Positions 16,668 to 26,384 of a stretch of DNA of 61,816 nucleotides are shown in pieces. This DNA comes from Deltaproteobacteria bacterium (lineage in GTDB: Bacteria; Desulfobacterota; Desulfobacteria; Desulfobacterales; ETH-SRB1). The notes beneath the pieces are model-generated. The model was given only the letters and a program-made list of their open reading frames with translations, did not search any database and was not told the DNA's origin. Numbering within the stretch: the stretch's first letter is position 1; each line of letters opens with the position of its first letter. The stretch is from contig JAUWFS010000001.1 in NCBI GenBank assembly GCA_030606805.1, positions 1-61,816 of the forward strand. The letters are read 5' to 3'. Made by a program: the position numbers and the translations under genes.

Positions 16668-17847
16668 GGTAATACATACAGCCGACTGGCACTGTCGGGA
16701 TAATGACCTGGATGAAGTCCGCAAATGCTTAAACTTTCTTGTTCAAACTGTACGAAATGAGATGCCGGACATGATGATGATGTCTGGAGATGTATTTGAT
16801 TCACGATATGTAAAACTGGACAGCAAGTCTGCTAAACTGGTTTTCGAGATTATTCAAGAAATTGCCAACTTGGTCCCTGTAGCGATCGTTGCAGGAACTC
16901 CTTTCCACGATGGAATGACTGTTGAGGCCCTAAGATACATTAAAGCAAAATATCCTGTCTGGGTATCAACGGTACCACAACAAGTATATTTGACGCCGAA
17001 CGGGAAGTTTACAACTACTCCGCCATATCCGCCAGAACTTGTGATTTCTTTAGTTCCCCCGCCTACCAAGCAATATTTTCAGTCCATGTCAGATATTGAT
17101 TCTACGAATCAAGAGATTTCTGCTGCTATGACTGCGATGTTTGCAGGATTTGGTGCAAGGGCTGCTGAATTTAACTGTCCACATATTTTGGCTGGTCATT
17201 TAAGTATCGGGGGAGCTTTTGTGTCAGATACTCAGCAATTAATTGGTGTAGACATAGAAGTGTCTACGGACCAGTTAGGATTAGCAAATGCCGTTGTAAA
17301 TATGCTGGGTCATATACACTTTGCTCAGCAAATCGGAGATAAGACCTTCTATGCTGGTGATTTGTACCGAATGGATACCGGGGAAACGGAAGACAAAGGT
17401 TTTTGGCTTCATGAACTGTCTTCAAGCGGATTGCAAAATTCAACCTTTATTAAAACACCTACCCGCAAACTTTATAAGCTCAAGTACGATTTCACAGACT
17501 CTCAGAGTGATTTTCAAATACCCTTCACACACGAAATGCTTGATAGCATTAAGGATGCAATTGTTACGATAGAGCTGAAGGTGTTTGAAGATGAAGTATC
17601 GAAGATCGACCAGCAAAACCTTGAGTTGAATTTGGCTGAAGCGAAGGAGTATGGAGATCCTAAGATCATCCGAGTTCCGCGAACAAATATAAGAAGCGAA
17701 AGATTATTGAAGTTGCGAACCTTGCGGGAAAAAATAATTGAGCAAGCACGGTTAAGAGGTGAGGAGGTACCGGAAAGTATATTGTTAAAGGCTGACAACC
17801 TGGGATCAATGACTGCTGATGAAGTTGTAGCGATGGTTGCAAAATAA
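16660..17847 (+). CDS. SbcD/Mre11-like metallophosphoesterase nuclease
   Basis: HTADWH, SGDVFD, and LAGH/LGHIH motifs. GTG start. Confidence 0.8.
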   Translation: MIKVIHTADWHCRDNDLDEVRKCLNFLVQTVRNEMPDMMMMSGDVFDSRYVKLDSKSAKLVFEIIQEIANLVPVAIVAGTPFHDGMTVEALRYIKAKYPVWVSTVPQQVYLTPNGKFTTTPPYPPELVISLVPPPTKQYFQSMSDIDSTNQEISAAMTAMFAGFGARAAEFNCPHILAGHLSIGGAFVSDTQQLIGVDIEVSTDQLGLANAVVNMLGHIHFAQQIGDKTFYAGDLYRMDTGETEDKGFWLHELSSSGLQNSTFIKTPTRKLYKLKYDFTDSQSDFQIPFTHEMLDSIKDAIVTIELKVFEDEVSKIDQQNLELNLAEAKEYGDPKIIRVPRTNIRSERLLKLRTLREKIIEQARLRGEEVPESILLKADNLGSMTADEVVAMVAK

Positions 17848-17856
17848 TTATACTAC

Positions 17857-17885
17857 TTGACATTTCCATATCAATAAGTTATTGT
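17857..17885 (+). promoter_or_regulatory. sigma70-like promoter
   Basis: TTGACA-N17-TATTGT in the 71-bp gap before 17919. Confidence 0.45.
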
Positions 17886-17918
17886 TATTATTATATAAAA
17901 TCAATAAGGGAGCAAAAG

Positions 17919-20213
17919 GTGAAACTGGATAAACTAAAACTGCGAGGCTTTCGTGGAGTTAAGGTTGGTTTAGGTTTAGATGAGATTGAACTCGACTTGT
18001 CCGGGCTTTCTGGTTTAGTGGCTTTAGCAGGGGATAATGGCATGGGAAAGACAACGGTTCTGGAAAACATGCAGCCGTTTAGAATAATGCCTTCAAGAAA
18101 CTCTTCATTGTACCGGCAGACATATTTGCGAGATTCATATAAAGAATTAAGCTTCTGGTTTGAAGGCGTACATTACAAAACATTGATCAAAATCGATGCG
18201 CAAGCAGAAAAAAGTGAAGGCTATATTTGGAAAGATCACAAAAAGAAGTCCGAAGTGGACGGTAAAGTATCTAATTACGATCCATATCTTATAGACCTGT
18301 TAGGATCTTCCAACCTCTTTTTCAACAGTATTTTTTCCGCTCAAAATTCAAAGAAAATATCAGATCTTACTACTGGTAAGCTACAAGGACTGTTTTCTGA
18401 ATTTCTCCGGTTGTATGAGTTGGTTTCGCATGAAAATACGTCGAAACAGTGTATCACTGTCCTTGGAACGATAGTAACAAGAATTGATAGGGGTTCGGAC
18501 GGTCTTAAAATTAAAATGGTAGATAGAGCAGAGACGGAACGTGAACTGTCCGAAATGATAGAAAAAGGAAATGTGTATTCGAAAAAGCGGATTGAGCTTG
18601 TAGAGAAAATCATGAAGGCTGAGACAAGCTGTGAATTGGTCAAAGAGGCCATTGCGAAGAGTTTGGTCAAAAAAGGGAGGTTGAAAGATCTTGAACAAAA
18701 TGTAACCCGCTTAACGCAGGAGCAGAATAGGGAGCAAGAGTCGGTGGAAAGTGAATTGTCCAGACTCAGACCAATACTGCGCGGAATAATTGATGATTTA
18801 GCGGAATGCGAAACGTTGTCTAAAGACAGGGACGAGATAATGGATGCCTGCAAGAAGGAAGTAGAAATTTTAGAACGAATCCCTGCTGTTGAAAAAGAAT
18901 TGGATCAGAGACAAGAATGTATAGACAAAAATAAGATTGAGATCGATACATTAAATTCAAAAATTGATGAGCAAAGGAGGATTATTGATGCCGGAAAGAA
19001 AGATCCGGAAGTTGCAAGACTCAAAGCGGAAATCCGGGGAAAGCATGAGAAAACCACTGATCTTGAGAAAAGAGACCCTGCATGTGAAAGTGAAATTTGT
19101 TCCTTTATTATCGGAGCAATTGAAGCGAAGAAAGAGTTGCCCGTATTGGAGAAAGATCTGTCCCGACGGCACGATGTTAATTTGGAAAGAGATCAAAAAG
19201 CTACGATGGAGCTTGGGGCTTTAAGTAAGCAGTTACAGGTTATATTGAAGGAACAAAAGGACGAGCTAAAAAAACATAAAGCACTGAAAGAAAAGAAAAA
19301 GAGTTTTGATGATGACTTAAAATATGTAAGGTTCCTCTCGGCAAAAAAGCCACAAATTGAAGTAGCGGCGGTTCGAAAAAATGATTTGGAAAAAAGAAAA
19401 AATGAGGTTACTTCGGAGGGTATTCGGCATAGAGACAACCGCGACAAAGCAATTGCCAGGATTGAGGACGAGATCAAGAAACTGAACACAGAAATAGATA
19501 ATCTGAAAAGTACGATAGATAGTAGCCTGGATGAAAAGAAAGCTGAGTTTGAACAACAAATAGACAAGTTCCAGCTTGTACTTGATGATATTGATAAACA
19601 GATACCAGATACCAGAGAAAAAATAGCTGTACTGAGACAGTCTGTTATAGAAAAAATAGCCGCGGAGAAAGATCTTGCTGTGCAAAATGAGGAACGTGCC
19701 AAGCTACTGCAGGAGCAAAGTGAATGGATATATTTAAGAAATGCTTGTTCAAAAGATGGATTAAGACAATTAGAATTTGATAGTGTGGCGCCGCTGATCA
19801 GTAGCTATGCAAATGAGCTTTTGGACATGAGTTTTAAATCAAACGATCTTGTCAAATTTAGGACTCAAGATGAAGAGGGTCGTGAAGATATTAAGATTAT
19901 TATTTTGAGGGACGAGGAAGTGTTGCTTGATGATCTCTGCGGCGGTGAAGAGGTTTGGATATTAAAAGCACTTAGACTGGCGATGACGCTGATTTCGAGA
20001 GAAAAGTCGGGAAAACGATATGAATCAATATTTTGCGATGAAGAGGATGGAGCTTTAAGCGTGCAAAATGCTAAAAGATTTATTTATCTGTATAAATCGT
20101 TAATGGAGATTGGGGATATAGACACCTGCTTTTACATATCTCATAAACCAGAGGCAGTAGCATTGGCGAATCATGTCCTTAGTTTTGGAGATGGAGGAAT
20201 AACGATTAATTAA
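17919..20213 (+). CDS. SbcC/Rad50-like ATPase
   Basis: N-terminal LRGFRG...GDNGMGKTT, a long coiled-coil, CGGEE signature and a CDEEDG Walker B. Confidence 0.85.
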   Translation: MKLDKLKLRGFRGVKVGLGLDEIELDLSGLSGLVALAGDNGMGKTTVLENMQPFRIMPSRNSSLYRQTYLRDSYKELSFWFEGVHYKTLIKIDAQAEKSEGYIWKDHKKKSEVDGKVSNYDPYLIDLLGSSNLFFNSIFSAQNSKKISDLTTGKLQGLFSEFLRLYELVSHENTSKQCITVLGTIVTRIDRGSDGLKIKMVDRAETERELSEMIEKGNVYSKKRIELVEKIMKAETSCELVKEAIAKSLVKKGRLKDLEQNVTRLTQEQNREQESVESELSRLRPILRGIIDDLAECETLSKDRDEIMDACKKEVEILERIPAVEKELDQRQECIDKNKIEIDTLNSKIDEQRRIIDAGKKDPEVARLKAEIRGKHEKTTDLEKRDPACESEICSFIIGAIEAKKELPVLEKDLSRRHDVNLERDQKATMELGALSKQLQVILKEQKDELKKHKALKEKKKSFDDDLKYVRFLSAKKPQIEVAAVRKNDLEKRKNEVTSEGIRHRDNRDKAIARIEDEIKKLNTEIDNLKSTIDSSLDEKKAEFEQQIDKFQLVLDDIDKQIPDTREKIAVLRQSVIEKIAAEKDLAVQNEERAKLLQEQSEWIYLRNACSKDGLRQLEFDSVAPLISSYANELLDMSFKSNDLVKFRTQDEEGREDIKIIILRDEEVLLDDLCGGEEVWILKALRLAMTLISREKSGKRYESIFCDEEDGALSVQNAKRFIYLYKSLMEIGDIDTCFYISHKPEAVALANHVLSFGDGGITIN

Positions 20214-20216
20214 AAG

Positions 20217-20246
20217 AAATAGACGGTGATATAGCCGTCTATTTTT
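20217..20246 (+). terminator. rho-independent terminator
   Basis: 10-bp stem AAATAGACGG / CCGTCTATTT with an 8-nt loop and a T-run. Confidence 0.7.
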
Positions 20247-20263
20247 ATGTTAGAGGTACAGAA

Positions 20264-20497
20264 ATGATAGATATTGAAGGCCCTTATCCTGCATCGCAAA
20301 TACCGCCGATAGAGTCAGATGGATGTTCAGCCGAGATTTTGGTTGAAAGCCATGCTGGATTTTATGTTGGATATTATTTCGATGGCGATTGGTATGATGC
20401 AATGAATGGAAATAAATTGTGGGAACAGTTTTCGCCATTGAGGTGGTTCTGTCTTCCACCCCGCGGTGCGAAACCTCTAACCAGCCGTTGCACTTGA
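20264..20497 (+). CDS. hypothetical protein
   Basis: 77 aa ORF with a GC-rich 3' end. Confidence 0.5.
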   Translation: MIDIEGPYPASQIPPIESDGCSAEILVESHAGFYVGYYFDGDWYDAMNGNKLWEQFSPLRWFCLPPRGAKPLTSRCT

Positions 20498-20550
20498 GCG
20501 CAAAAAGCCGCGCCAAGTGAACTTAATCGTTAGCCGAAAGGATAAATATT

Positions 20551-20859
20551 ATGCAAGATTGGATAGATGTCGAAATGGACAAAAAAGATATCATGATTGT
20601 AGATTGTGGATATGTGACTGAAAAGAATGCTCGGAATCGAGCAGATGAGATTTTTGCCCAGGGCGTAGGGAAAAAGAATTTAAGATGGGGACCTTCGACT
20701 GGAGATCCTCTGATACATATACATATTCCAAAATCGAAAACAAAAAAAGTTTTAGCTGCTTTGCCAATCAGTAATGAAAAAACATGGTTTGGCGCAACTC
20801 ATAGTTATTTATCGGCTAACAAATCACTGCACGGGACGGCGAAGCAATGCCGTCCGTGA
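20551..20859 (+). CDS. hypothetical protein
   Basis: 102 aa ORF with an AAAGG SD. Confidence 0.55.
   Translation: MQDWIDVEMDKKDIMIVDCGYVTEKNARNRADEIFAQGVGKKNLRWGPSTGDPLIHIHIPKSKTKKVLAALPISNEKTWFGATHSYLSANKSLHGTAKQCRP
20829..20858 (+). terminator. possible hairpin/terminator overlapping the stop codon
   Basis: GCACGGGACGGC-N8-GCCGTCCGTG with one bulge. The T-run is about 15 nt downstream, so this is a weak call. Confidence 0.3.
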
Positions 20860-20892
20860 GTTCAGACGTTATATTTTTTGAAGGAATTAAGA

Positions 20893-21057
20893 ATGAAGAT
20901 TAACAAAAATACAAAATGGGGCAAAGCAAAAAGGCGTAGAAGACGTATCGAAGGTTTTTTGATTTATCAAATATGCTCTTTTTTTGCTTTATTTGCACCG
21001 GAAGCTGTTGATTATGCTTTATTAAAGGAATTGCGGAAACAATTTGACGAAACATAA
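20893..21057 (+). CDS. small basic protein (54 aa)
   Basis: AAGGAAT SD precedes the ATG. Preferred over antisense track ORF 20900..21094 on strand consistency. Confidence 0.4.
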   Translation: MKINKNTKWGKAKRRRRRIEGFLIYQICSFFALFAPEAVDYALLKELRKQFDET

Positions 21058-21082
21058 GCGGCATCGTTAGGAGGTTTATGAA

Positions 21083-21493
21083 ATGATACATCAATTTGAA
21101 ATATCATGTAAAAAGTGTGGGGCACGTGGATTTTACGATCCAGAAAATAATGGAGTAATTAAAATTTACTTTGAAAAAGGCTCACGATCAATAATGGATA
21201 GAGTTATTATTGGTTGTTCTAAATGTGGCGGCACGCAAGAATCGGCAATTTGCTGGCCGCTTGCACAAATCTATTCTAAAATGAAAAGTTACACAAGAAG
21301 CAAGATTATACAGGCAGAGCCAATGGATGAATGCTCGTTTTTGAGAGAAGTTAAAGGGCAAAATGTTGAAAATTGTGAAACACAACCAGGATATAAGATG
21401 GTTGATCCTGATGGATATACATCGTGGTTGTCACAGGGAGATTTTGAGATCACTTATCGTGAAATTACGGATAGCGAAAAAGAGTTAATTTAA
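21083..21493 (+). CDS. hypothetical zinc-ribbon protein
   Basis: CKKCG...CSKCG with a TAGGAGG SD. Confidence 0.65.
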   Translation: MIHQFEISCKKCGARGFYDPENNGVIKIYFEKGSRSIMDRVIIGCSKCGGTQESAICWPLAQIYSKMKSYTRSKIIQAEPMDECSFLREVKGQNVENCETQPGYKMVDPDGYTSWLSQGDFEITYREITDSEKELI

Positions 21494-21499
21494 TCTATT

Positions 21500-21826
21500 T
21501 TGAGCATCGGTGATGACAGACATTGGGAGGTTGTTTTGAACGAAATCAAAGTAAGCGCAGTATGTTATGTTACAGAAAAAGAACTATTCCACAGGTCCAA
21601 AGAGGATATTTTAAAAGACACGACAGGATATTTAGCAAGGATATTAGCTTGTCATATCCTTAATAAAACTGGCGTTTTTGAGACAGAGAAAGTAAAAGGT
21701 GGTCTTCGAATTATGGCTGAATGTTATGTATTGACGCCTAATGATTTTTCCGAACTTGTTGAAAAAATACAACGAGATTTACAACATTTTGGTCCTCCCG
21801 CAACGATTGGCGGGGTTTCCTCTTAA
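21500..21826 (+). CDS. hypothetical protein
   Basis: 108 aa with a non-ATG start in the track. Start is uncertain. Confidence 0.5.
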   Translation: MSIGDDRHWEVVLNEIKVSAVCYVTEKELFHRSKEDILKDTTGYLARILACHILNKTGVFETEKVKGGLRIMAECYVLTPNDFSELVEKIQRDLQHFGPPATIGGVSS

Positions 21827-21873
21827 TCACCTATGTTAAAAACGTAACATCTTGAATTCATTGCACTTTATCA

Positions 21874-21901
21874 TTGACAATAACTAATATTCTGCTATAA
21901 T
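21874..21901 (+). promoter_or_regulatory. near-consensus sigma70 promoter
   Basis: TTGACA-N16-TGcTATAAT upstream of ssb. Confidence 0.7.
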
Positions 21902-21944
21902 GGTTAATTAATTAATCCAGTAATAAATAGGAGATAAAAATAAA

Positions 21945-22352
21945 ATGTCCTTAAATCTCGTAACTTTAATTGGCTATACTGGTCGAGACCCTGAAATCAG
22001 ATATACCCCAAATGGAACTGCCGTAGCGAATTTCCCTCTGGCAACATCGGAAAAATGGACCGGTAAAGATGGAGAGAAAAAGGAAAGTACTGATTGGCAT
22101 CGGATAGTTTGTTTCCAGAAGACAGCCGAAATTGTCGGTGAGTATGTAAAAAAAGGCCAACAAATCTGTGTTACTGGTAAAATAAAAACCAGACAATGGG
22201 AAGACAAGGAAGATGTTAAAAGATGGACAACAGAAATTATTGCTAATCGTGTAGTTTTTCTTGGAAAGAAGCAAGATAGCGGTGAGCATCCTGCATTCGA
22301 AAAACCGCCGGAAAATCAAGAAGTAAAGTACGATGATGATATTCCGTTCTAA
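21945..22352 (+). CDS. ssb: single-stranded DNA-binding protein
   Basis: OB-fold N-terminus (LIGYTGRDPEIRYTPNGTAVANFPLA..TDWHRIV) and acidic tip DDDIPF. Confidence 0.95.
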   Translation: MSLNLVTLIGYTGRDPEIRYTPNGTAVANFPLATSEKWTGKDGEKKESTDWHRIVCFQKTAEIVGEYVKKGQQICVTGKIKTRQWEDKEDVKRWTTEIIANRVVFLGKKQDSGEHPAFEKPPENQEVKYDDDIPF

Positions 22353-22376
22353 ATCGAGGTGGAGGGATAGGGGGTT

Positions 22377-23291
22377 ATGATTGGCGGTTATATAAAATTT
22401 CTACGAGCAGGGGCCTACGGCGATAAAGTAATGGCATTAAAAAATGATGGTTCTCGATGGAGATGGTGGATGCTTGTTGTAAATGCAGACCGGACGGTTT
22501 TCCCTGGTTTGATAAGTGAAGGTGGCTTGCGTCCATACACAGAATTAGACATTATCAATATGAATTACAAGTCTACTGAGCATAAGACCCTGCCTGATAA
22601 GGTGATTGCCTGGGAGAAGGATAAGAAAGCGTATCTTGCTGTTGGATTGCTGAAAAGTACTAAGGCTCTAAATGAGGAATTTTTATGGAACACAAACTGG
22701 CATATATATCAAGATAAGTTTTCGCCTAAAAAGAAAAGTTGTAGTGAACGGTTTTTCAAGTCTTGGATGGATCTGGACGAGAAGGACAGGCTGGTATTTT
22801 TGTATTTGATTTATCAGTTCAGGCCGGCAGGAATTATAGAGATTTTTGAGAACACAGTTCTGGAAAAAAAAGTCCCTAAGCTAATAGAAAAAAAGGATTC
22901 TAAATTTGCGCTTCTTGGAAGTGGGAGCAATGGATTAAAAATTGTGAGCAAAGGTTTTGAGCAGATTACAGAAGTTGTTGGAGAGATGTTGAGCGCTACG
23001 AGTAAGAAAAAGCCGAATTCGGATGTTAAAGAAGCGATTGACAAATTTAGAGCAGCTTATCAGAAAAGACACGGAGTGGAGTATTTGGTGAGTTGGGCTA
23101 AAGACGGAGCCGTTATGACAAGGTTGCTGGAAATACATTCACTTGATGAAGTAAGCGATTTAATTAATCGTTTTATGTATGATGATGATGAATTTATTGA
23201 AAAGACAGGGCGAACAATAGGAATATTTTCAACCCAAGTCAATAAGCTGGCCGGTAAAAGAGGAGGTAAGATTGACTACGACCGATATTGA
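22377..23291 (+). CDS. putative replisome organizer / replication initiator
   Basis: The N-terminus (YIKF...W.WWMLVVNA...GLI...LRPYT) resembles the phage replisome-organizer N-domain. It sits between ssb and the DnaC-like loader. Confidence 0.5.
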   Translation: MIGGYIKFLRAGAYGDKVMALKNDGSRWRWWMLVVNADRTVFPGLISEGGLRPYTELDIINMNYKSTEHKTLPDKVIAWEKDKKAYLAVGLLKSTKALNEEFLWNTNWHIYQDKFSPKKKSCSERFFKSWMDLDEKDRLVFLYLIYQFRPAGIIEIFENTVLEKKVPKLIEKKDSKFALLGSGSNGLKIVSKGFEQITEVVGEMLSATSKKKPNSDVKEAIDKFRAAYQKRHGVEYLVSWAKDGAVMTRLLEIHSLDEVSDLINRFMYDDDEFIEKTGRTIGIFSTQVNKLAGKRGGKIDYDRY

Positions 23292-23967
23292 TTCGTTATT
23301 TGAATATGACCCGAATTGTGAGAAATGTAGAGATGGATGGATAGAAGTGCCTTCCGGCAGATGTTTTAAAAAAGCTTGGGTACGATGTGAGTGCTATTTC
23401 AGAAAAATGAGAGAACGAAAAGTTAAAAGAATTTCAGAAACCTATCCAATGCCGGCAAGATTAAAACAGAAGTTCTTTAAGAATTTTGTTGCTGAGACCG
23501 AAACCCAGGCGCGCGCGTTAAAAAAGATGAGCAATGGCGTTCAGTGTTATTTGTTCGGACCGTATGGTACGGGTAAAACGCATCTTTTAGCAGCAGCCGT
23601 AAATATGAAATTGAACCAAACAATTACTGCGATGTTTGTGTCAGCCCCTTGGTTATTTGAGGAGCTTCGGAGAGATATTTTTCGAAATAATGATACAGAA
23701 CATAAAATAATTGATGATGCATGTAGTGTTGAGTATTTAGCAATCGATGATCTTGGAAAAGAGAAGCCAACTCCTATGGTCGAGGAAAAACTTTATATGA
23801 TTGTAGACCGGCGATTAAATAAAGAGTTACTGACTTCGTTTTCATCAAATCTTCCCTTGGATGACCAGGGAAACAGGATTGATGGGGCAATAAAGTCCAG
23901 AATCCATGAAATGTGCGAGGTGCTTTGTGTTAAAGGAAAAGATTACAGGTGTGCAGATAAAAGATGA
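23272..23967 (+). CDS. DnaC/IstB-like AAA+ helicase loader
   Basis: Walker A GPYGTGKTHL and Walker B LAIDDLG. TTG start follows AGAGGAGGT. Confidence 0.85.
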   Translation: MTTTDIDSLFEYDPNCEKCRDGWIEVPSGRCFKKAWVRCECYFRKMRERKVKRISETYPMPARLKQKFFKNFVAETETQARALKKMSNGVQCYLFGPYGTGKTHLLAAAVNMKLNQTITAMFVSAPWLFEELRRDIFRNNDTEHKIIDDACSVEYLAIDDLGKEKPTPMVEEKLYMIVDRRLNKELLTSFSSNLPLDDQGNRIDGAIKSRIHEMCEVLCVKGKDYRCADKR

Positions 23968-24295
23968 TATAGCTTTGTGTGTTAGATGTGGCAATAAATG
24001 CCGAACTGCAAAATCTCAAAATCCAGAGGCACGTCCTTTTAAATGGGCTTTCCATGGGTTGTGTGCTGATTGTGCTGTCACTCAATTTTTGCTAAGCGTG
24101 GAAATTTTACGGCTGGTGATAGAAAAATGTGGGATAGATATTTTATTGAACCCTCTGATTCAGAATCAGTTCGTAAAGATAATGTGCGCAGGAAAATCGG
24201 AGATGTTACCAGACGAGATTAATTGGAGGCGTGTAACTTTTAACTGGAGTAAACCGTTCCCCAAAGGATATGAACCTGAGAGGACAGCGGTGTAA
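23906..24295 (+). CDS. hypothetical Cys-rich protein (start uncertain)
   Basis: Contains CVRCGNKC...CADC. The 5' end overlaps the loader gene, so the true start may be near 23949. Confidence 0.5.
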   Translation: MKCARCFVLKEKITGVQIKDDIALCVRCGNKCRTAKSQNPEARPFKWAFHGLCADCAVTQFLLSVEILRLVIEKCGIDILLNPLIQNQFVKIMCAGKSEMLPDEINWRRVTFNWSKPFPKGYEPERTAV

Positions 24296-24317
24296 CATGT
24301 GAGAGGAGTAATATAAA

Positions 24318-24521
24318 ATGCAAGCAATTGGAAATGACGGAATGGGGAGAATGCCAGAGCCTTATGACCATGAAAAACTCGTGGAGCATTTAGAGCAACC
24401 GGAAGTGCAGGAAGTCAGGGTTTTTAAGCTGAGAGAGGGTATGGCGCTGGATATTGGCGGGAAGCCTTACAAAGTTTCCAGGGTGCGTTCAAACGGAAAG
24501 GTAACTCTTAAGCCAAAATAG
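24318..24521 (+). CDS. hypothetical protein
   Basis: 67 aa with a GAGAGGAG SD. Confidence 0.6.
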   Translation: MQAIGNDGMGRMPEPYDHEKLVEHLEQPEVQEVRVFKLREGMALDIGGKPYKVSRVRSNGKVTLKPK

Positions 24522-24538
24522 AAAGTAGGTGATATTTA

Positions 24539-25336
24539 ATGCAGAGAACAAAGATCGAATATCTAACTCACTCATGGTCACCAATTGCCATGCGTTGTAC
24601 ACCTGTTTCAGAAGGTTGTAAAAATTGTTGGCATTTGGCCTTGGCCAACCGGCTGGAAAAAAACCCGATGATTCCAGAGGATAGACAGGAAGCTTATGCC
24701 GGCGGGAGGCCAGTTTTGATTGAAAGAGAACTTCGGGCTCCATCAAAACTGAAAAAGCCTGCTATTATTGGTGTGGAATTTATGGGGGATCTGTTTCATG
24801 AGGATGTGCCGTTTGAATATATAAAGAAAGTTTGGGATATTGCTTCCAAATGCCAACAACATATTTTTCTTTTTCTCACAAAGAGACCGGAAAGAATGTT
24901 GGAATTTACAAAATGGATGGCTGGTGCAGATGATATAAGCATAGCTCATTGGCCCCGGAGTTGCTGGCTTGGTATAACAGCAGAAAATCAGCAACTATAT
25001 GATGAACGATGGGAAATTTTAGTACGGATTCCGGCAACGGCTCGGTTCGTAAGTATTGAACCGATGTTGTCCAAAATTGATTTAAAATTATATGATTACG
25101 CTGTAAGTTGCGGTAGTCATTCTGTCAGAAAATATTTTCTCCGGTGGGTAATATGTGGAGCTGAAAGTGGCCCGAAGCGGCGCCGTACCAAAATTGAATG
25201 GATCAGAAATTTAAAAGACCAGTGTGTTAATGCCCATGCCCCATTTTTTCTGAAACAGATGGAGATTAACGGCAAGGTTGTAACAATGCCTGAATTAGAC
25301 GGAGTTATTTATAATCAAATGCCGGATATGAAATAA
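24539..25336 (+). CDS. phage Gp37/Gp68 family (DUF5131) protein
   Basis: IEYLTHSWSPI..C..VSEGCKNCW, MGDLFHE, FLFLTKRPERM, ICGAESGP, and PFFLKQM. Confidence 0.8.
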   Translation: MQRTKIEYLTHSWSPIAMRCTPVSEGCKNCWHLALANRLEKNPMIPEDRQEAYAGGRPVLIERELRAPSKLKKPAIIGVEFMGDLFHEDVPFEYIKKVWDIASKCQQHIFLFLTKRPERMLEFTKWMAGADDISIAHWPRSCWLGITAENQQLYDERWEILVRIPATARFVSIEPMLSKIDLKLYDYAVSCGSHSVRKYFLRWVICGAESGPKRRRTKIEWIRNLKDQCVNAHAPFFLKQMEINGKVVTMPELDGVIYNQMPDMK

Positions 25337-25384
25337 AAGGTAGATGATATCAGAAAATTTTGGACAGAGGGAAAAAACGCAATA

Positions 25385-26260
25385 TTGAGAAGAGAATATC
25401 CGATTTATGGCAAAATGCATTGTATTAAATTATTTGGTTTATCGGACGGAGCAATTAGAACACAGGCATGGAAATTAGGGCTTAGACTTGATAGGACAAC
25501 AATTTTTTATAAGCAAGGGCAAGAAAATGCCCGAATTGCAAGAACAGGGATAAAAAAACCCAAGCAATCAAAGTGGATGAAGAAGAATTGTCGATATGTC
25601 CGATCCTTTATTTCACCAGAAGGCAAAGCAGAAAGTTTGAAGGCTATGCAGGATGCAGTAAAAGCAGAGCATCCACGGGGCTATCTTAATCATAAGCATG
25701 GTCCAGAGACATTAAGAAAGCTTTCGAAAGCTAGTAAAAGAGGTTGGGCAAATATGACAAAAGAAAAATTAATTATTCGGACAATCAGAAATAATATTAC
25801 AAAGTTAAAAAATGGAACATGGACAAATCCAAAAAATATGAGCAATCCATATTCTCGAACAAAATCAGGGAAACGAATTGACCTTGATGGACAGTTTTTT
25901 AGAAGTGCAACCGAGGCTAATTATGCTCGATTTTTGAATCTTTTTAAGATCAATTGGGAATATGAATTCCGGACGTTTGAGTTCCATGATATTATTCGTG
26001 GGATAAGATTTTATACCCCGGATTTTTATCTGCCAGACGAGGATGTATGGATAGAGGTCAAAGGATGGATGGATGATAAATCTGTTACCAGATTGAAAAG
26101 ATTTAAGAAATATTATCCAAAAGAATTCAACAGGTTAACAATTGTGACGGAAAGTCAAAAAACAAGACGCAAATCGGCAGAAATAGGGATTATTAATATT
26201 GAACCTTTTGAAGAAATTAGAAAGAAGTTTTCACTGATTATTCCAGACTGGGAAAGATAA
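25385..26260 (+). CDS. putative homing endonuclease (NUMOD3-like motifs + PD-(D/E)xK core)
   Basis: HKHGPETLRKLSKASKRG, and a C-terminal YTPDFYLPDEDVWIEVKG. TTG start. Confidence 0.6.
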   Translation: MRREYPIYGKMHCIKLFGLSDGAIRTQAWKLGLRLDRTTIFYKQGQENARIARTGIKKPKQSKWMKKNCRYVRSFISPEGKAESLKAMQDAVKAEHPRGYLNHKHGPETLRKLSKASKRGWANMTKEKLIIRTIRNNITKLKNGTWTNPKNMSNPYSRTKSGKRIDLDGQFFRSATEANYARFLNLFKINWEYEFRTFEFHDIIRGIRFYTPDFYLPDEDVWIEVKGWMDDKSVTRLKRFKKYYPKEFNRLTIVTESQKTRRKSAEIGIINIEPFEEIRKKFSLIIPDWER

Positions 26261-26276
26261 AAGAAAGGAACTTGAG

Positions 26277-26384
26277 ATGACCGAAATCGAAGAAAAATCC
26301 GACTATGAAGTTTCTGAAGAATATTTGGAGTACGAATTTGGATACGAACCGGAAGAGAGTAACGGAGGAATCTATAATGACTAA
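26277..26384 (+). CDS. acidic peptide (35 aa)
   Basis: ATG 26277. Overlaps the next start. Below the track cutoff. Confidence 0.3.
   Translation: MTEIEEKSDYEVSEEYLEYEFGYEPEESNGGIYND

Noticed and set aside
18341-19702. Minus-strand ORFs of 170, 105, 79, 169 and 122 aa inside the SbcC-like gene
   Set aside because: They are typical antisense open frames of a Lys/Glu-rich coiled-coil gene, Ser/Phe-rich and with no motifs.
20526-20825. 9-bp inverted repeat GTTAGCCGA / TCGGCTAAC flanking ORF 20551..20859, as possible ends of a mobile element
   Set aside because: It is too short to distinguish from chance, with no target-site duplication or transposase. One copy lies inside the coding sequence.
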